Program-made: the position numbers and the translations under genes
Notes under the pieces: model-generated
What the model was told of the DNA's origin: nothing
Seen by the model: the letters and a program-made list of their open reading frames with translations, nothing else
Database searches by the model: none
Source: a bacterium
GTDB lineage: Bacteria; Patescibacteriota; Patescibacteriia; Buchananbacterales; GWA2-38-13
Reading direction: 5' to 3'
NCBI GenBank assembly: GCA_030648715.1
Contig: JAUSGZ010000045.1
Span: forward strand, 1 to 47,960
DNA: 47,960 bases
Shown: positions 1 to 8,102 of the stretch, piece after piece
Numbering within the stretch: the first letter of the stretch is position 1
Layout: each line of letters starts with the position of its first letter

Positions 1-1962
1 ACACCGACGCCGACGCCCACTCCGACCCCAACCCCGTCGCGGACCTACTGTGGCGACGAAGCGATCCAATCCCCCAACAGCGACGGCCAGGCCGAGCAAT
101 GCGACGACGGCAACCTCATCAATTTCGACGGCTGCAACGTGCACTGCCAGCTGGAACAGTTCTCCTGTCCCGCGCCGGTCATCATTGATTTTGACCGGGA
201 CGGCAACGGCAGCCCGATAGCGGCCGGCCAACTCCTGGACAACGAGTATGCGGACTACGGCGTGACCATCACGGCCGCCAACGACAACGCCTCGCGCCCG
301 CAGGTGGCGATCACTTTTGACGGCCAGAACCCGACCGGTGGAGCGGACAGCCTCGACCACGGCACTCCGAACGAATTCTACGGCGGCACCGGCGTCGGTG
401 TTGGCGGCGTGCCGTCCAATAACGTGCCGCTCTACCTGCACCTCATCATCCCGAAGAACGTAACCGACGCGAACCACGACGGCCTGGTGGACGACCCGGA
501 CGAGGACAGCGCCGGCACGGTTACCTTTACGTTCGCCGACCCCGTGAAACCAGAACTCATCACCCTCATTGACATTGACCACAACGCCGGCACCCATTCC
601 GTCAAAGGGTTCCTTGGCTCCACGCTGGTCAGCACCATCCCGGTCCCAACCTATGGCGACAATAATGTCCAATACCTGGAGTTGGATAATACCCAGGAGG
701 TGGACTCGCTGCGCGTCCGGTTGAACGATTCCTTTGGTATTGACCACCTGGTGTTCTGCCCGCAGACGCCGCCACCCCCGACGCCGACGCCTACTCCCAC
801 CCCGACACCCACGCCTACTCCGACGCCAACGCCCACACCGACACCAACTCCGACGCCGACGCCAACGCCGGAGCCAACCCCCACGCCAACACCTGAACCT
901 ACCCCGACGCCGACACCAACGCCTACGCCGACTCCCGCGCCGACACCGACTCCTACTCCCACACCGACCCCGACGCCAGAACCTACCCCGACACCGACCC
1001 CGGAACCCACGCCAAGCCCAACACCTGCGCCCACGCCGACACCTACTCCGCCCCCTAGTGGCGGTGGAGGCGGAGGCGGCGGAGGGGGTGGCGGCGGTGG
1101 TGGCGGTGGCCCCATTCCCAACCCCCGGTTGAGCGTTACGAAAACCTCTCCGGTCATCACCGCCTGCGCGGGCAGCACGGTTCCCTACACCATCACGGTG
1201 CAAAACATCGGTTCCTACAGCGGGTTCAACCTTGTGCTCACCGACACGCTGCCCTCCGGCTTCACATTCGGCACCTCTACCGCCGGATCGTTCCAGCGCA
1301 GTTTCGGCAACGTCGCGCCGCACGAAGTAAAGAGCTACTCCTACACCGCGACGGTTCCGCCAGGGACTCCGAATGGCAGCTACACGAATACCGTTGTCGC
1401 GAAGATCGACAACGGCGGCCCGGCCAACAACACGGCCAGCGCCAGTTTTATCGTGAAGGTCGCCGACGCGTGCGCCGCCCCCGCGCTTGCCCTGGAAAAG
1501 ACCGTCACGCAGGACTTTGTGAACGCCGGCGGTTTGGCTGACTTTACCCTAATAGTTTCCAACGTCGGCCCCGTAACGCTGACCAACGTGACGCTCACCG
1601 ACATTTTGCCCGACGGCTTCACCGCGTCTGACGGCACCACTTCATGGTCGCTGAACGATCTTGCGCCCGGCGCCGCGAAAACGGTTCAACTGAAAGTCAA
1701 CGTGGGCGCAAATGTTGCTCCCGGCACCTATCCCAACGTCGCGAAAGCCAAAGCCGACAACCATGCCGAGGTCGTGGACTCGGTCAGTGTGGAGGTCCGC
1801 GCGGGCCAGGTCTTGGGCACGGCTTTTGAAGAGCTGCCCGACACCGGCTCCGGGTTCACAATGCTGGCGTACTTCATCGTCAACCTCATGGCATTGGCCG
1901 CCGGTGTCGCGCTCTACCGCTGGACCAACCGCTACGCCCGCCAGTACCAGCTGTGGGCATAA
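1..1962 (+). CDS. Large sortase-anchored surface protein, 5'-truncated by the window edge (Cys-rich repeat, Pro/Thr linkers, two DUF11-like Ig repeats, LPDTG sorting signal)
   Basis: Frame 1 is open from base 1 ([52 protein letters not shown], Myxococcus Cys-rich/DUF4215-like motif), so the 139 start is internal. Long (TP)n linker and poly-Gly, two 'L.v.Kt...YTItV.N.G...l.ltD.LP.Gf' repeats, then LPDTG (1834-1848) + hydrophobic helix + basic tail. Confidence 0.85.
   Translation, partial: TPTPTPTPTPTPSRTYCGDEAIQSPNSDGQAEQCDDGNLINFDGCNVHCQLEQFSCPAPVIIDFDRDGNGSPIAAGQLLDNEYADYGVTITAANDNASRPQVAITFDGQNPTGGADSLDHGTPNEFYGGTGVGVGGVPSNNVPLYLHLIIPKNVTDANHDGLVDDPDEDSAGTVTFTFADPVKPELITLIDIDHNAGTHSVKGFLGSTLVSTIPVPTYGDNNVQYLELDNTQEVDSLRVRLNDSFGIDHLVFCPQTPPPPTPTPTPTPTPTPTPTPTPTPTPTPTPTPTPEPTPTPTPEPTPTPTPTPTPTPAPTPTPTPTPTPTPEPTPTPTPEPTPSPTPAPTPTPTPPPSGGGGGGGGGGGGGGGGGPIPNPRLSVTKTSPVITACAGSTVPYTITVQNIGSYSGFNLVLTDTLPSGFTFGTSTAGSFQRSFGNVAPHEVKSYSYTATVPPGTPNGSYTNTVVAKIDNGGPANNTASASFIVKVADACAAPALALEKTVTQDFVNAGGLADFTLIVSNVGPVTLTNVTLTDILPDGFTASDGTTSWSLNDLAPGAAKTVQLKVNVGANVAPGTYPNVAKAKADNHAEVVDSVSVEVRAGQVLGTAFEELPDTGSGFTMLAYFIVNLMALAAGVALYRWTNRYARQYQLWA
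766..1110 (+). repeat. Coding low-complexity repeat: (Thr-Pro)n with TPEP/TPAP variants followed by a poly-Gly run
   Basis: ACN-CCN codon pairs repeated with synonymous variation, then GGN run. Confidence 0.95.
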
Positions 1963-1972
1963 CAATGTCGCG

Positions 1973-2653
1973 ATGAACTTCCTGCCGTCCTACAACTCCG
2001 CCCGATACCTGCGCCGTGCGGCGCTGGGACTCATTGTTGTCAGTCTGGCGCTGCTCGCCTATCCGTTCGCCGGCCGGGTGAATTTCGCGGTGGCGCAGTT
2101 GCCGATTTTGGCGCCGACGATCACCCCGCCTGCCGTTACCCCTTCCCCTGTTCCGTCCACGGAAGGTACGGTAACGCTGGCCGCGTGGCTTGCTGCCCAG
2201 CAGAAACCGCAGCCCGCACAACCGACCCCAACCCCGGCGACAACCCCGACCCCCGCGGGCAACCTGCTGGAGATCCCCTCCATCGGCGTGAAGATGGCGA
2301 TAACCCAAGGGATCGACAGCAAAGCCGCGCTGCGCCAGGGCGCGTGGCTCATCCCCGGCACCCCGACGCCCGACCGCGGCGGCAACACCGTACTGGGCGG
2401 GCACCGCTATCTCTACCGGCCCCCAAGCGCCAAAACTTTTTACAACTTGGATAAGGTCAAGGCGGGCGACGCCATCACGGTCACCTGGCAGGGAAAGGTC
2501 TATAACTACAAAGTTCGCGAAGTAAAAATTGTTGAACCCTACCAGGTGGAAATCCTTGAGAACACCAACGAGAATATTCTCACCCTCTTCACCTGCACGC
2601 CGCTGTTCACTTCCAAACAGCGGCTGGTGGTCGTTGCCGAGTTGCTTCCATAA
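1973..2653 (+). CDS. Sortase (class D/E-like)
   Basis: ATG at 1973 in the 1712..2653 frame; N-terminal TM, LEIPSIG, GNTVLGGHR (His), LTLFTC (Cys), KQRLVV (Arg); directly downstream of the LPDTG protein. Confidence 0.93.
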   Translation: MNFLPSYNSARYLRRAALGLIVVSLALLAYPFAGRVNFAVAQLPILAPTITPPAVTPSPVPSTEGTVTLAAWLAAQQKPQPAQPTPTPATTPTPAGNLLEIPSIGVKMAITQGIDSKAALRQGAWLIPGTPTPDRGGNTVLGGHRYLYRPPSAKTFYNLDKVKAGDAITVTWQGKVYNYKVREVKIVEPYQVEILENTNENILTLFTCTPLFTSKQRLVVVAELLP

Positions 2654-2660
2654 TCCGGAC

Positions 2661-2729
2661 CGTCATTCCCGCGAAAGCGGGAATCTAGAAATCGGATTAC
2701 TGGATTCCCTCTGCGGCTCGGGAATGACG
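2661..2729. repeat. Inverted doublet of CGTC-type REP-like palindromes (empty copy 1)
   Basis: cgtcattcccgcgaaagcgggaatctag (2661-2688) and ctggattccctctgcggctcgggaatgacg (2700-2729). Confidence 0.85.
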
Positions 2730-2786
2730 ACTGGTTACGACTCTTGGTACCTTTTCTAAAAAGGTGCCAAAGTCTATACTTAGCCC

Positions 2787-2990
2787 ATGCAATTGGCCAA
2801 AACAAACGACGCTCGCTGGGCATTTATCGGCGTCTACCTCATCCTGTTGGTAGTGAGTTTCTCGCGCATTGACCGCAACTCGCACTCGGTTTCCGATACC
2901 CTGATCAATTTCGTGCCGCTGGCGGCGCTGCTCACGCTCGCGTTCGCCCTCGCCATGATTTCATCCCGCGGCAAGCAACCCCCCGCTTAG
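2787..2990 (+). CDS. Small two-TM membrane protein
   Basis: 67 aa with two hydrophobic segments; TATACT 6 nt before ATG; abuts next gene. Confidence 0.6.
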   Translation: MQLAKTNDARWAFIGVYLILLVVSFSRIDRNSHSVSDTLINFVPLAALLTLAFALAMISSRGKQPPA

Positions 2991-2993
2991 GGT

Positions 2994-3755
2994 ATGCAAT
3001 TCAAATTCCTCCACTGCAACATCTGGAACGGCGGCAAGCTGATAGATAACCTTATCGCGTTCCTGCAGAAGGAAAAGCCGGACGTGTTGGCGATGCAAGA
3101 GGTCTATAACGGCCACGACCCGACCATGGAACGGCGCTTCCGCTCCATCGAGGTGCTGCAGGAAGCGACCGGCTTGCGCCACTTCGCGTTCGCTCCGGCG
3201 TTCTCCGAAGACCTGGCGAGCTTCTCGGTGCAGAACGGCAACGCCGTCCTGTCGCGTTTCCCCGTGATGAGGCACGAGCATTGGTTCTATGACCGCCCGT
3301 ACGACCCGCATTTTGTGGAAGGTTCAAGCAGCAACCTGAAAAACCCGTACAACCTGCAGCATGTCGTTCTGGATCTGCCGGGACGCAACTTGCACGTCTA
3401 TAATACGCACGGCATCTGGGGAAACCACGGCCGCGACACCGAACGGCGCCTGCATATGGCGAAGTTCATTCTGGAAAAAATGTCGGGTATAACACCGGCG
3501 GTGCTGTGCGGGGATTTCAACGTCAACGAAGGCACCCAGACTATCGCCAATTTGAGCGCCGCTTTGGTCAATGTGTTCGCGCCCGACCAACGAAAGAACA
3601 GCTTTAACCTCGACCACAAGGCGCCGGGAACGGGGTACGGCACCGCTGTTGTGGACTTCGTTTTCACCACGCCCGACGTGACCACACTCACTCACCGCCA
3701 GCCGGAGGACGACGTCACCGACCACCGTCCGCTGGTGTGCGAATTTACGATATAA
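2994..3755 (+). CDS. Endonuclease/exonuclease/phosphatase (EEP) family protein
   Basis: HCNI, PDVLAMQEV, GNAVLSRFP, NTH, LCGDFN, VDFVF, TDHRPL motifs. Confidence 0.92.
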   Translation: MQFKFLHCNIWNGGKLIDNLIAFLQKEKPDVLAMQEVYNGHDPTMERRFRSIEVLQEATGLRHFAFAPAFSEDLASFSVQNGNAVLSRFPVMRHEHWFYDRPYDPHFVEGSSSNLKNPYNLQHVVLDLPGRNLHVYNTHGIWGNHGRDTERRLHMAKFILEKMSGITPAVLCGDFNVNEGTQTIANLSAALVNVFAPDQRKNSFNLDHKAPGTGYGTAVVDFVFTTPDVTTLTHRQPEDDVTDHRPLVCEFTI

Positions 3756-3768
3756 CCTATTCCGCCCT

Positions 3769-4029
3769 ATGGATGAAGTGAAATTGCGCTGCCAAAGCTG
3801 CGGCATGCCGCTGGACCCGGGCTACTTCGGTACGAACGCCGACGCGACCCAGAACCGCGAGTGGTGTTTCCTCTGCTTCAAGCAGGGGGTGTTCACCAAA
3901 CCGGAAATGACGGTGGAGGAAATGCTGCAAATGTCCATCGACCACATGATGCGGCACCTGGGATTTGCGCGGGACAAGGCGGAGCAGATGGCCAAGGAGA
4001 TCATCCCCAATCTGAAGCGCTGGCAGTGA
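3769..4029 (+). CDS. Putative zinc-ribbon protein (Zn_ribbon_2-like)
   Basis: CQSCGMPL ... WCFLCFKQGVFT ... IPNLKRW pattern. Confidence 0.85.
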   Translation: MDEVKLRCQSCGMPLDPGYFGTNADATQNREWCFLCFKQGVFTKPEMTVEEMLQMSIDHMMRHLGFARDKAEQMAKEIIPNLKRWQ

Positions 4030-4032
4030 AGA

Positions 4033-4060
4033 TGTCACCCCCGCGTAGGCGGGGGTCCAG
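4033..4060. repeat. REP-like palindrome, left flank of GIY-YIG gene
   Basis: tgtcacccccgcgtaggcgggggtccag, same GTCA-stem-loop-stem-CCAG layout as 2661 and 16951. Confidence 0.8.
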
Positions 4061-4087
4061 TAACGCTACTTGGTCGCCCGTGGCCGA

Positions 4088-4375
4088 ATGAAATCATTCT
4101 ACGTCTACATCCTTGCCAGTAAGCGAAACGGAACGCTCTATATTGGCGTTACTGGTAACCTGGTGCGGCGGACCGCCGAACATAAAACCGGAGCCGTGGA
4201 CGGATTCTCAAAAAAATACAAAACCCATATGCTGGTCTACTACGAACAACACGATGATGTGCGTGATGCCATTCAGCGCGAAAAACAGTTAAAGAAATGG
4301 AACCGGGCTTGGAAAATAAGACTGATCGAGCAGGGTAACAAGCAGTGGCGAGACTTACACCCGGAGATTACTTAA
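4088..4375 (+). CDS. Stand-alone GIY-YIG nuclease
   Basis: FYVYILASKRNGTLYIGVTGNLVRR...H...AIQREKQLKKWNRAWKIRLIE; ATG at 4088. Confidence 0.93.
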   Translation: MKSFYVYILASKRNGTLYIGVTGNLVRRTAEHKTGAVDGFSKKYKTHMLVYYEQHDDVRDAIQREKQLKKWNRAWKIRLIEQGNKQWRDLHPEIT

Positions 4376-4393
4376 CTTTTCGGGTTAGAGTTA

Positions 4394-4423
4394 CTGGATT
4401 CCCTCCGCGGCTCGGGAATGACG
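4394..4423. repeat. REP-like palindrome, right flank of GIY-YIG gene (inverted)
   Basis: ctggattccctccgcggctcgggaatgacg, one mismatch from 2700-2729. Confidence 0.85.
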
Positions 4424-4500
4424 GTACCCAACACCAAAAAAGGAGGCGCCTGCTGATGTGGCAGACGCCTTTTCGGATGCGTTGGTCTATGGACTTGCCG

Positions 4501-5358
4501 CTAGACGCTGGCCAAGCCCGCCTTGATGAACGCGATGCCGCGCTCGTAGACGTCCTTGGGATCGTCGAAGAGCGGCCGCCAGATGCGGGTGGCCGCCGCC
4601 AGGTCAGGCAGCGCCTGCCCGAAGGCTTCGATGGTGACAAATCCCTGGTAGCCTGCGCGCCGCAGGGCGCGGAAGGTGTTGGCGAACCCCACGTGGCCCT
4701 GTCCCGGAATGCCGCGATCGTTCTCGCTGGCATGGAAATGGACCACTAAACTGGCCACCTTTTCCAGCGCCGCCACCGGATCGCGCTCCTCGATGTTGGC
4801 GTGGAACGTATCGTACATCATCCGCAGCCCGTCGTGTCCGACCAGGATGACCAGCGCCGCCGCCTGATCACACGTGTTCACCAGCCAGCACTCGAAGCGG
4901 TTGAGCGGCTCCACCGCCAGCGTCAGGTAGGGCGACGCCATCTCCGCGGCCTCGCGCAGCGTGTCCGCTGACCAGCGCAGACGGTCGGCACACTCCTCAG
5001 GGGTGGGTGAAGCCGACGGGAAAACTCCGAGCGCGGAGTGCAGCGGACCGCACAGCACCGTACTGCCGACCTTGACCGAGGTGGCAATAGCCCACTTCAG
5101 GTGTTCCAGGGCCTTGTCGCGCACGCCCTTGTCCGGACTGCAGGGGTCGGCGTCGGCCGTCGCGATGGCGACCGTGGTACGCGCCAGATCGAGCCGGTCG
5201 AGCTCGCCGCGCAGGCGCACGTAGTCTGCGCCGGTCTGCTCCACCAGGAGCGGGATCTCGACGCCATCGTAGCCGGCCTTTTTGATTCCCGCCAGCACCG
5301 GGAACTGTTGCTCGGTGACGGTGGCGCCAAAGAGCAGCATATTGAATCCGAGTTTCAT
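4501..5358 (-). CDS. Sugar-phosphate isomerase/epimerase, D-psicose/D-tagatose 3-epimerase family
   Basis: GYDGVEIP, VEPLNRFE, DTFHANIEE, HFHASENDRG, TIEAF metal-binding motifs; AGGAG SD before ATG at 5358; TTGACA-17-TACGGT promoter at about 5475-5447. Confidence 0.88.
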   Translation of the reverse strand: MKLGFNMLLFGATVTEQQFPVLAGIKKAGYDGVEIPLLVEQTGADYVRLRGELDRLDLARTTVAIATADADPCSPDKGVRDKALEHLKWAIATSVKVGSTVLCGPLHSALGVFPSASPTPEECADRLRWSADTLREAAEMASPYLTLAVEPLNRFECWLVNTCDQAAALVILVGHDGLRMMYDTFHANIEERDPVAALEKVASLVVHFHASENDRGIPGQGHVGFANTFRALRRAGYQGFVTIEAFGQALPDLAAATRIWRPLFDDPKDVYERGIAFIKAGLASV

Positions 5359-5555
5359 GCGGATTCTCCTTTCAAAGTTCTGACCTTGGGTTGAAATCGG
5401 GGCCAACCCATCCCCGTACGCACGGAAAACGATTTTCCGTTGGCTTACCGTAGCCAAAATCCTTTTTTTTGTCAATACATTGCTCTTGACAACACGGTCG
5501 CGCCCTGCTATGGTTTGAGGGTTAACGTGCCTAACCATACTAGCGACCACCATCT

Positions 5556-6332
5556 ATGTTTGGTATCCTCCGCCATCCGTCCGTTCGCTATGCCGCCGCG
5601 ACGCTAGCCATCGGAGCGTTCGCGATTGCTGCCGGCGCGACCCATTCGTGGGGTGGCTACCACTGGGCACGGCAAGCCAACCCGTTCACGCTGAAGCTTG
5701 GCGACAACGTTTCCAGCGCGTGGGATTCGTACCTGGACACGACCGCAGCTGATTGGAGCGCGTCGACCGTTCTGAACACGACGAAGGTTGCCGGCAGCAC
5801 GAACCCCAAGAACTGCCGCGCAGTCGCCGGCCGTGTAGAAGTCTGCAACAGCAAATATGGCAACAACGGATGGCTGGGAATGGCCAGCATCTGGGCCAGC
5901 GGCACCCACATCACGCAAGGTACCGTCAAGCTGAACGACACCTACTACAACACGCCGAAATACAACACTCCCGCGTGGCGGAACCTCGTAATGTGTCAGG
6001 AAGTCGGCCACACGCTCGGCCTCGACCACCAGGACGAGGACTTCGAGAACGCGGCGCTGGGCACCTGCATGGATTACTCGAGCGACCCGACACTGAACCA
6101 GCATCCCAATCAGCACGACTACGACATGTTGGAGGAGATTTACGCGCACTTGGACACGACCACGACCATCGGGCAAACGGCCACCCGCGGGAACGCCGAC
6201 GTTGACCACAACGACCGCAGCACCTGGGGCAAAGAACTGCGCACGTCGTCCGACGGCCGCAAATCGCTGTACGCACGCGAGCTTGGCGGCGGCGAGAAGG
6301 TCTTCACGTTCGTCATTTGGGCCCAGGAGTAA
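5556..6332 (+). CDS. Secreted metzincin-like protein (variant QExxHxxGxxH)
   Basis: Signal peptide; MCQEVGHTLGLDH followed by GTCMDY Met-turn-like motif; TTGACA-17-TATGGT promoter upstream. Confidence 0.75.
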   Translation: MFGILRHPSVRYAAATLAIGAFAIAAGATHSWGGYHWARQANPFTLKLGDNVSSAWDSYLDTTAADWSASTVLNTTKVAGSTNPKNCRAVAGRVEVCNSKYGNNGWLGMASIWASGTHITQGTVKLNDTYYNTPKYNTPAWRNLVMCQEVGHTLGLDHQDEDFENAALGTCMDYSSDPTLNQHPNQHDYDMLEEIYAHLDTTTTIGQTATRGNADVDHNDRSTWGKELRTSSDGRKSLYARELGGGEKVFTFVIWAQE

Positions 6333-6351
6333 ACCCGACTACCCCGTAGTT

Positions 6352-6385
6352 AAAAACCGCTCCGGCACTCCCGGAGCGGTTTTTC
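6352..6385. terminator. Bidirectional intrinsic terminator
   Basis: aaaaaccgctccgg-cactc-ccggagcggttttt. Confidence 0.8.
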
Positions 6386-6416
6386 TTTGGTTCCAAATAA
6401 GCGATCCTCCGCAAAG

Positions 6417-6540
6417 CTCGGGGACAGGGGTTCGCCACCGCCGTTGGCGGGGTCCCGCCTTCCTCAACTTAGTCAAATTTGAAACGGCGGGAAACCCCGA
6501 TTCTTCCCGCCAACGGCGGGGCAAGTTAGACGATCCCCTA
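6417..6540 (-). pseudogene. Degenerate tandem copy of tRNA-Gln interrupted by palindromic inserts
   Basis: Minus strand: taggggatcgtctaac [20 nt] agaatcggggtt [58 nt] cgaacccctgtccccgag; the three retained blocks match the adjacent tRNA; anticodon arm is missing. Confidence 0.8.
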
Positions 6541-6579
6541 AATGCGTCAAGGTTTGTGTAAAGAAAATCCGCTCCAAAG

Positions 6580-6650
6580 CTCGGGGACAGGGATTCGAAC
6601 CCCGATTCTCAGGTTCAGAGCCTGATGTCCTGCCGTTAGACGATCCCCGA
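6580..6650 (-). tRNA. tRNA-Gln (anticodon CTG), no encoded CCA
   Basis: TCGGGGA acceptor stem, TCAGG-CTCTGAA-CCTGA anticodon arm, GGTTCGAATCC T-arm, 71 nt. Confidence 0.96.
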
Positions 6651-6669
6651 GCTTTGGAGCGGATAATTT

Positions 6670-6914
6670 CTAGTTGTCTACGAGTAGTTCTTTTAAAGCT
6701 GCTCCGCTGTGCCAACTTTTCATTTTTTCTCCCTTCTCCTGGCGTCGATAATTGTTGGATATTGTTCGGTGTAAACGATGCGCCATGGTCGGCCATTTTT
6801 TGTTGTGCGAACGGCACCTGCATTATGTCGCGCAAGTCGTTCGGTAGGCTCAAGAGCGGTGAGGCCGATGTAGTGTTGGCGCTGTCGGTTTGTGAGCAGG
6901 TACACCCACGGCAT
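6670..6914 (-). pseudogene. GIY-YIG nuclease with a single-base frameshift in an A-run
   Basis: MPWVYLL...HYIGLT...RLARHNAG...TKNGRPWRIVYTE...ARRREKK*; one extra A in gagaaaaaatg restores MKSWHSGAALKELLVDN* ending at 6670. Confidence 0.8.
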
Positions 6915-7167
6915 GGTTTGTTGTGGAACGCTCATTAACGGGCTCTGCCGGTGACGCTATGAACATTGCAAAACGATGTAGCACAGCGTACGAAAAATTG
7001 CGGCAATTGTCAATAAAAAGAACCCCCGGCGTCTCTGAGCTTTCGCAGACCGGCGGGGTATGGACTACAGTGTGCAGCAGGACCGCGCAGTACAGACGAG
7101 CGGTTGCCAGCAGGCACCGCTCGGCCTACAATGATCATGGGGATTACCTGCCTAATGTATCCAAAGT

Positions 7168-7563
7168 ATGCGCGGCTATGTCGGAAATCTTGAAAAGGAA
7201 ACGTTGGAGAATACGACGTTCCGCACGGTGCTCTACACTGCCAAGCACTGTCAGTTGGTGATGATGAGCTTGCTGCCGGGCGAGGACATCGGCGAGGAAG
7301 TGCACAAGCTGGACCAGTTCATCCGCGTGGAACAAGGCATCGGCTCGGCGGTATTGGATGGCGTTGCCCACGCTTTGCAGGACGGCAGCGCGGTGATCAT
7401 CCCCGCCGGAACCCGCCACAACATCGTCAATACCTCGCCGCGCTCGGCGATGAAACTCTACACCGTCTACGCGCCGCCCGAACACCGCGACGGCGTGATC
7501 CACCAGACCAAGGCCGAAGCTGCGAAGGGCGAAGAGCACTACGACGGAAAAACCAGCGAGTGA
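7168..7563 (+). CDS. Cupin domain protein
   Basis: GEDIGEEVHKLDQFIRVEQG and IPAGTRHNIVN cupin motifs, KLYTVYAPPEH. Confidence 0.9.
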   Translation: MRGYVGNLEKETLENTTFRTVLYTAKHCQLVMMSLLPGEDIGEEVHKLDQFIRVEQGIGSAVLDGVAHALQDGSAVIIPAGTRHNIVNTSPRSAMKLYTVYAPPEHRDGVIHQTKAEAAKGEEHYDGKTSE

Positions 7564-7566
7564 ATA

Positions 7567-7602
7567 CAAAAAACTCCCCCGCATCCGCGAGGGAGTTTTT
7601 TT
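7567..7602. terminator. Bidirectional terminator, near-identical to 14977-15013
   Basis: caaaaaactcccccgcatccgcgagggagttttttt. Confidence 0.8.
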
Positions 7603-7616
7603 CTATCGGCTATTAC

Positions 7617-8081
7617 CTACCGCACCGGCGGGGTGCTGGTTGCGTTCTGCGGCAGGGGCCGCAATTGGATGGACTCGGCCGTAATGCTGCCGTCCTGCCC
7701 GGCCCGCCCAGTGACGACCACCGTTTTGCCGACCTCCAGGTCCGCCGTGTTGCCGTCCACGACCTTCCCGACGGAGGTCGCGCCGCCGTAAAAAACGATG
7801 ACGGTGCCGCCATCGCGCAGTTTCACCGTAATGCTGGTCACATCTTTTGCGATGATCTCGCCCGCCGCGCCGCCACCGGCGCGCCCGGCAAACACCCTCG
7901 CGCCGTCCGGTGCGCCCCCCATGTCGCGGAACCGTTGTTGCCGCTGCTCCGGCGTGAGATCACGCAACGCCGCGGCATTGAACTGCGGAGACTTCGAGGC
8001 CTGATATTTCATCCCCCCGAAGAACGCCCCGCTTCCGACCACTACCGCAACCACCGCCGCAATGACGAACGTGTTTTTCAT
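7617..8081 (-). CDS. Membrane-anchored OB-fold (DUF5666-like) protein
   Basis: N-terminal TM, GEIIAKD..SITVKLRDG, DLEVGKTVVVTG...DGSITAESIQ. Confidence 0.75.
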   Translation of the reverse strand: MKNTFVIAAVVAVVVGSGAFFGGMKYQASKSPQFNAAALRDLTPEQRQQRFRDMGGAPDGARVFAGRAGGGAAGEIIAKDVTSITVKLRDGGTVIVFYGGATSVGKVVDGNTADLEVGKTVVVTGRAGQDGSITAESIQLRPLPQNATSTPPVR

Positions 8082-8102
8082 AGACTCTGCCTGGTTAAAT
8101 GA

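Noticed and set aside
766-1050. Possible CRISPR or DNA tandem array
   Set aside because: Repeats are synonymous-variable Thr-Pro codons with no repeat-spacer structure.
651-1178. Minus-strand poly-(GV) ORF and Arg-rich 734..1132 ORF
   Set aside because: Shadow frames of the TP/Gly linker in the surface protein.
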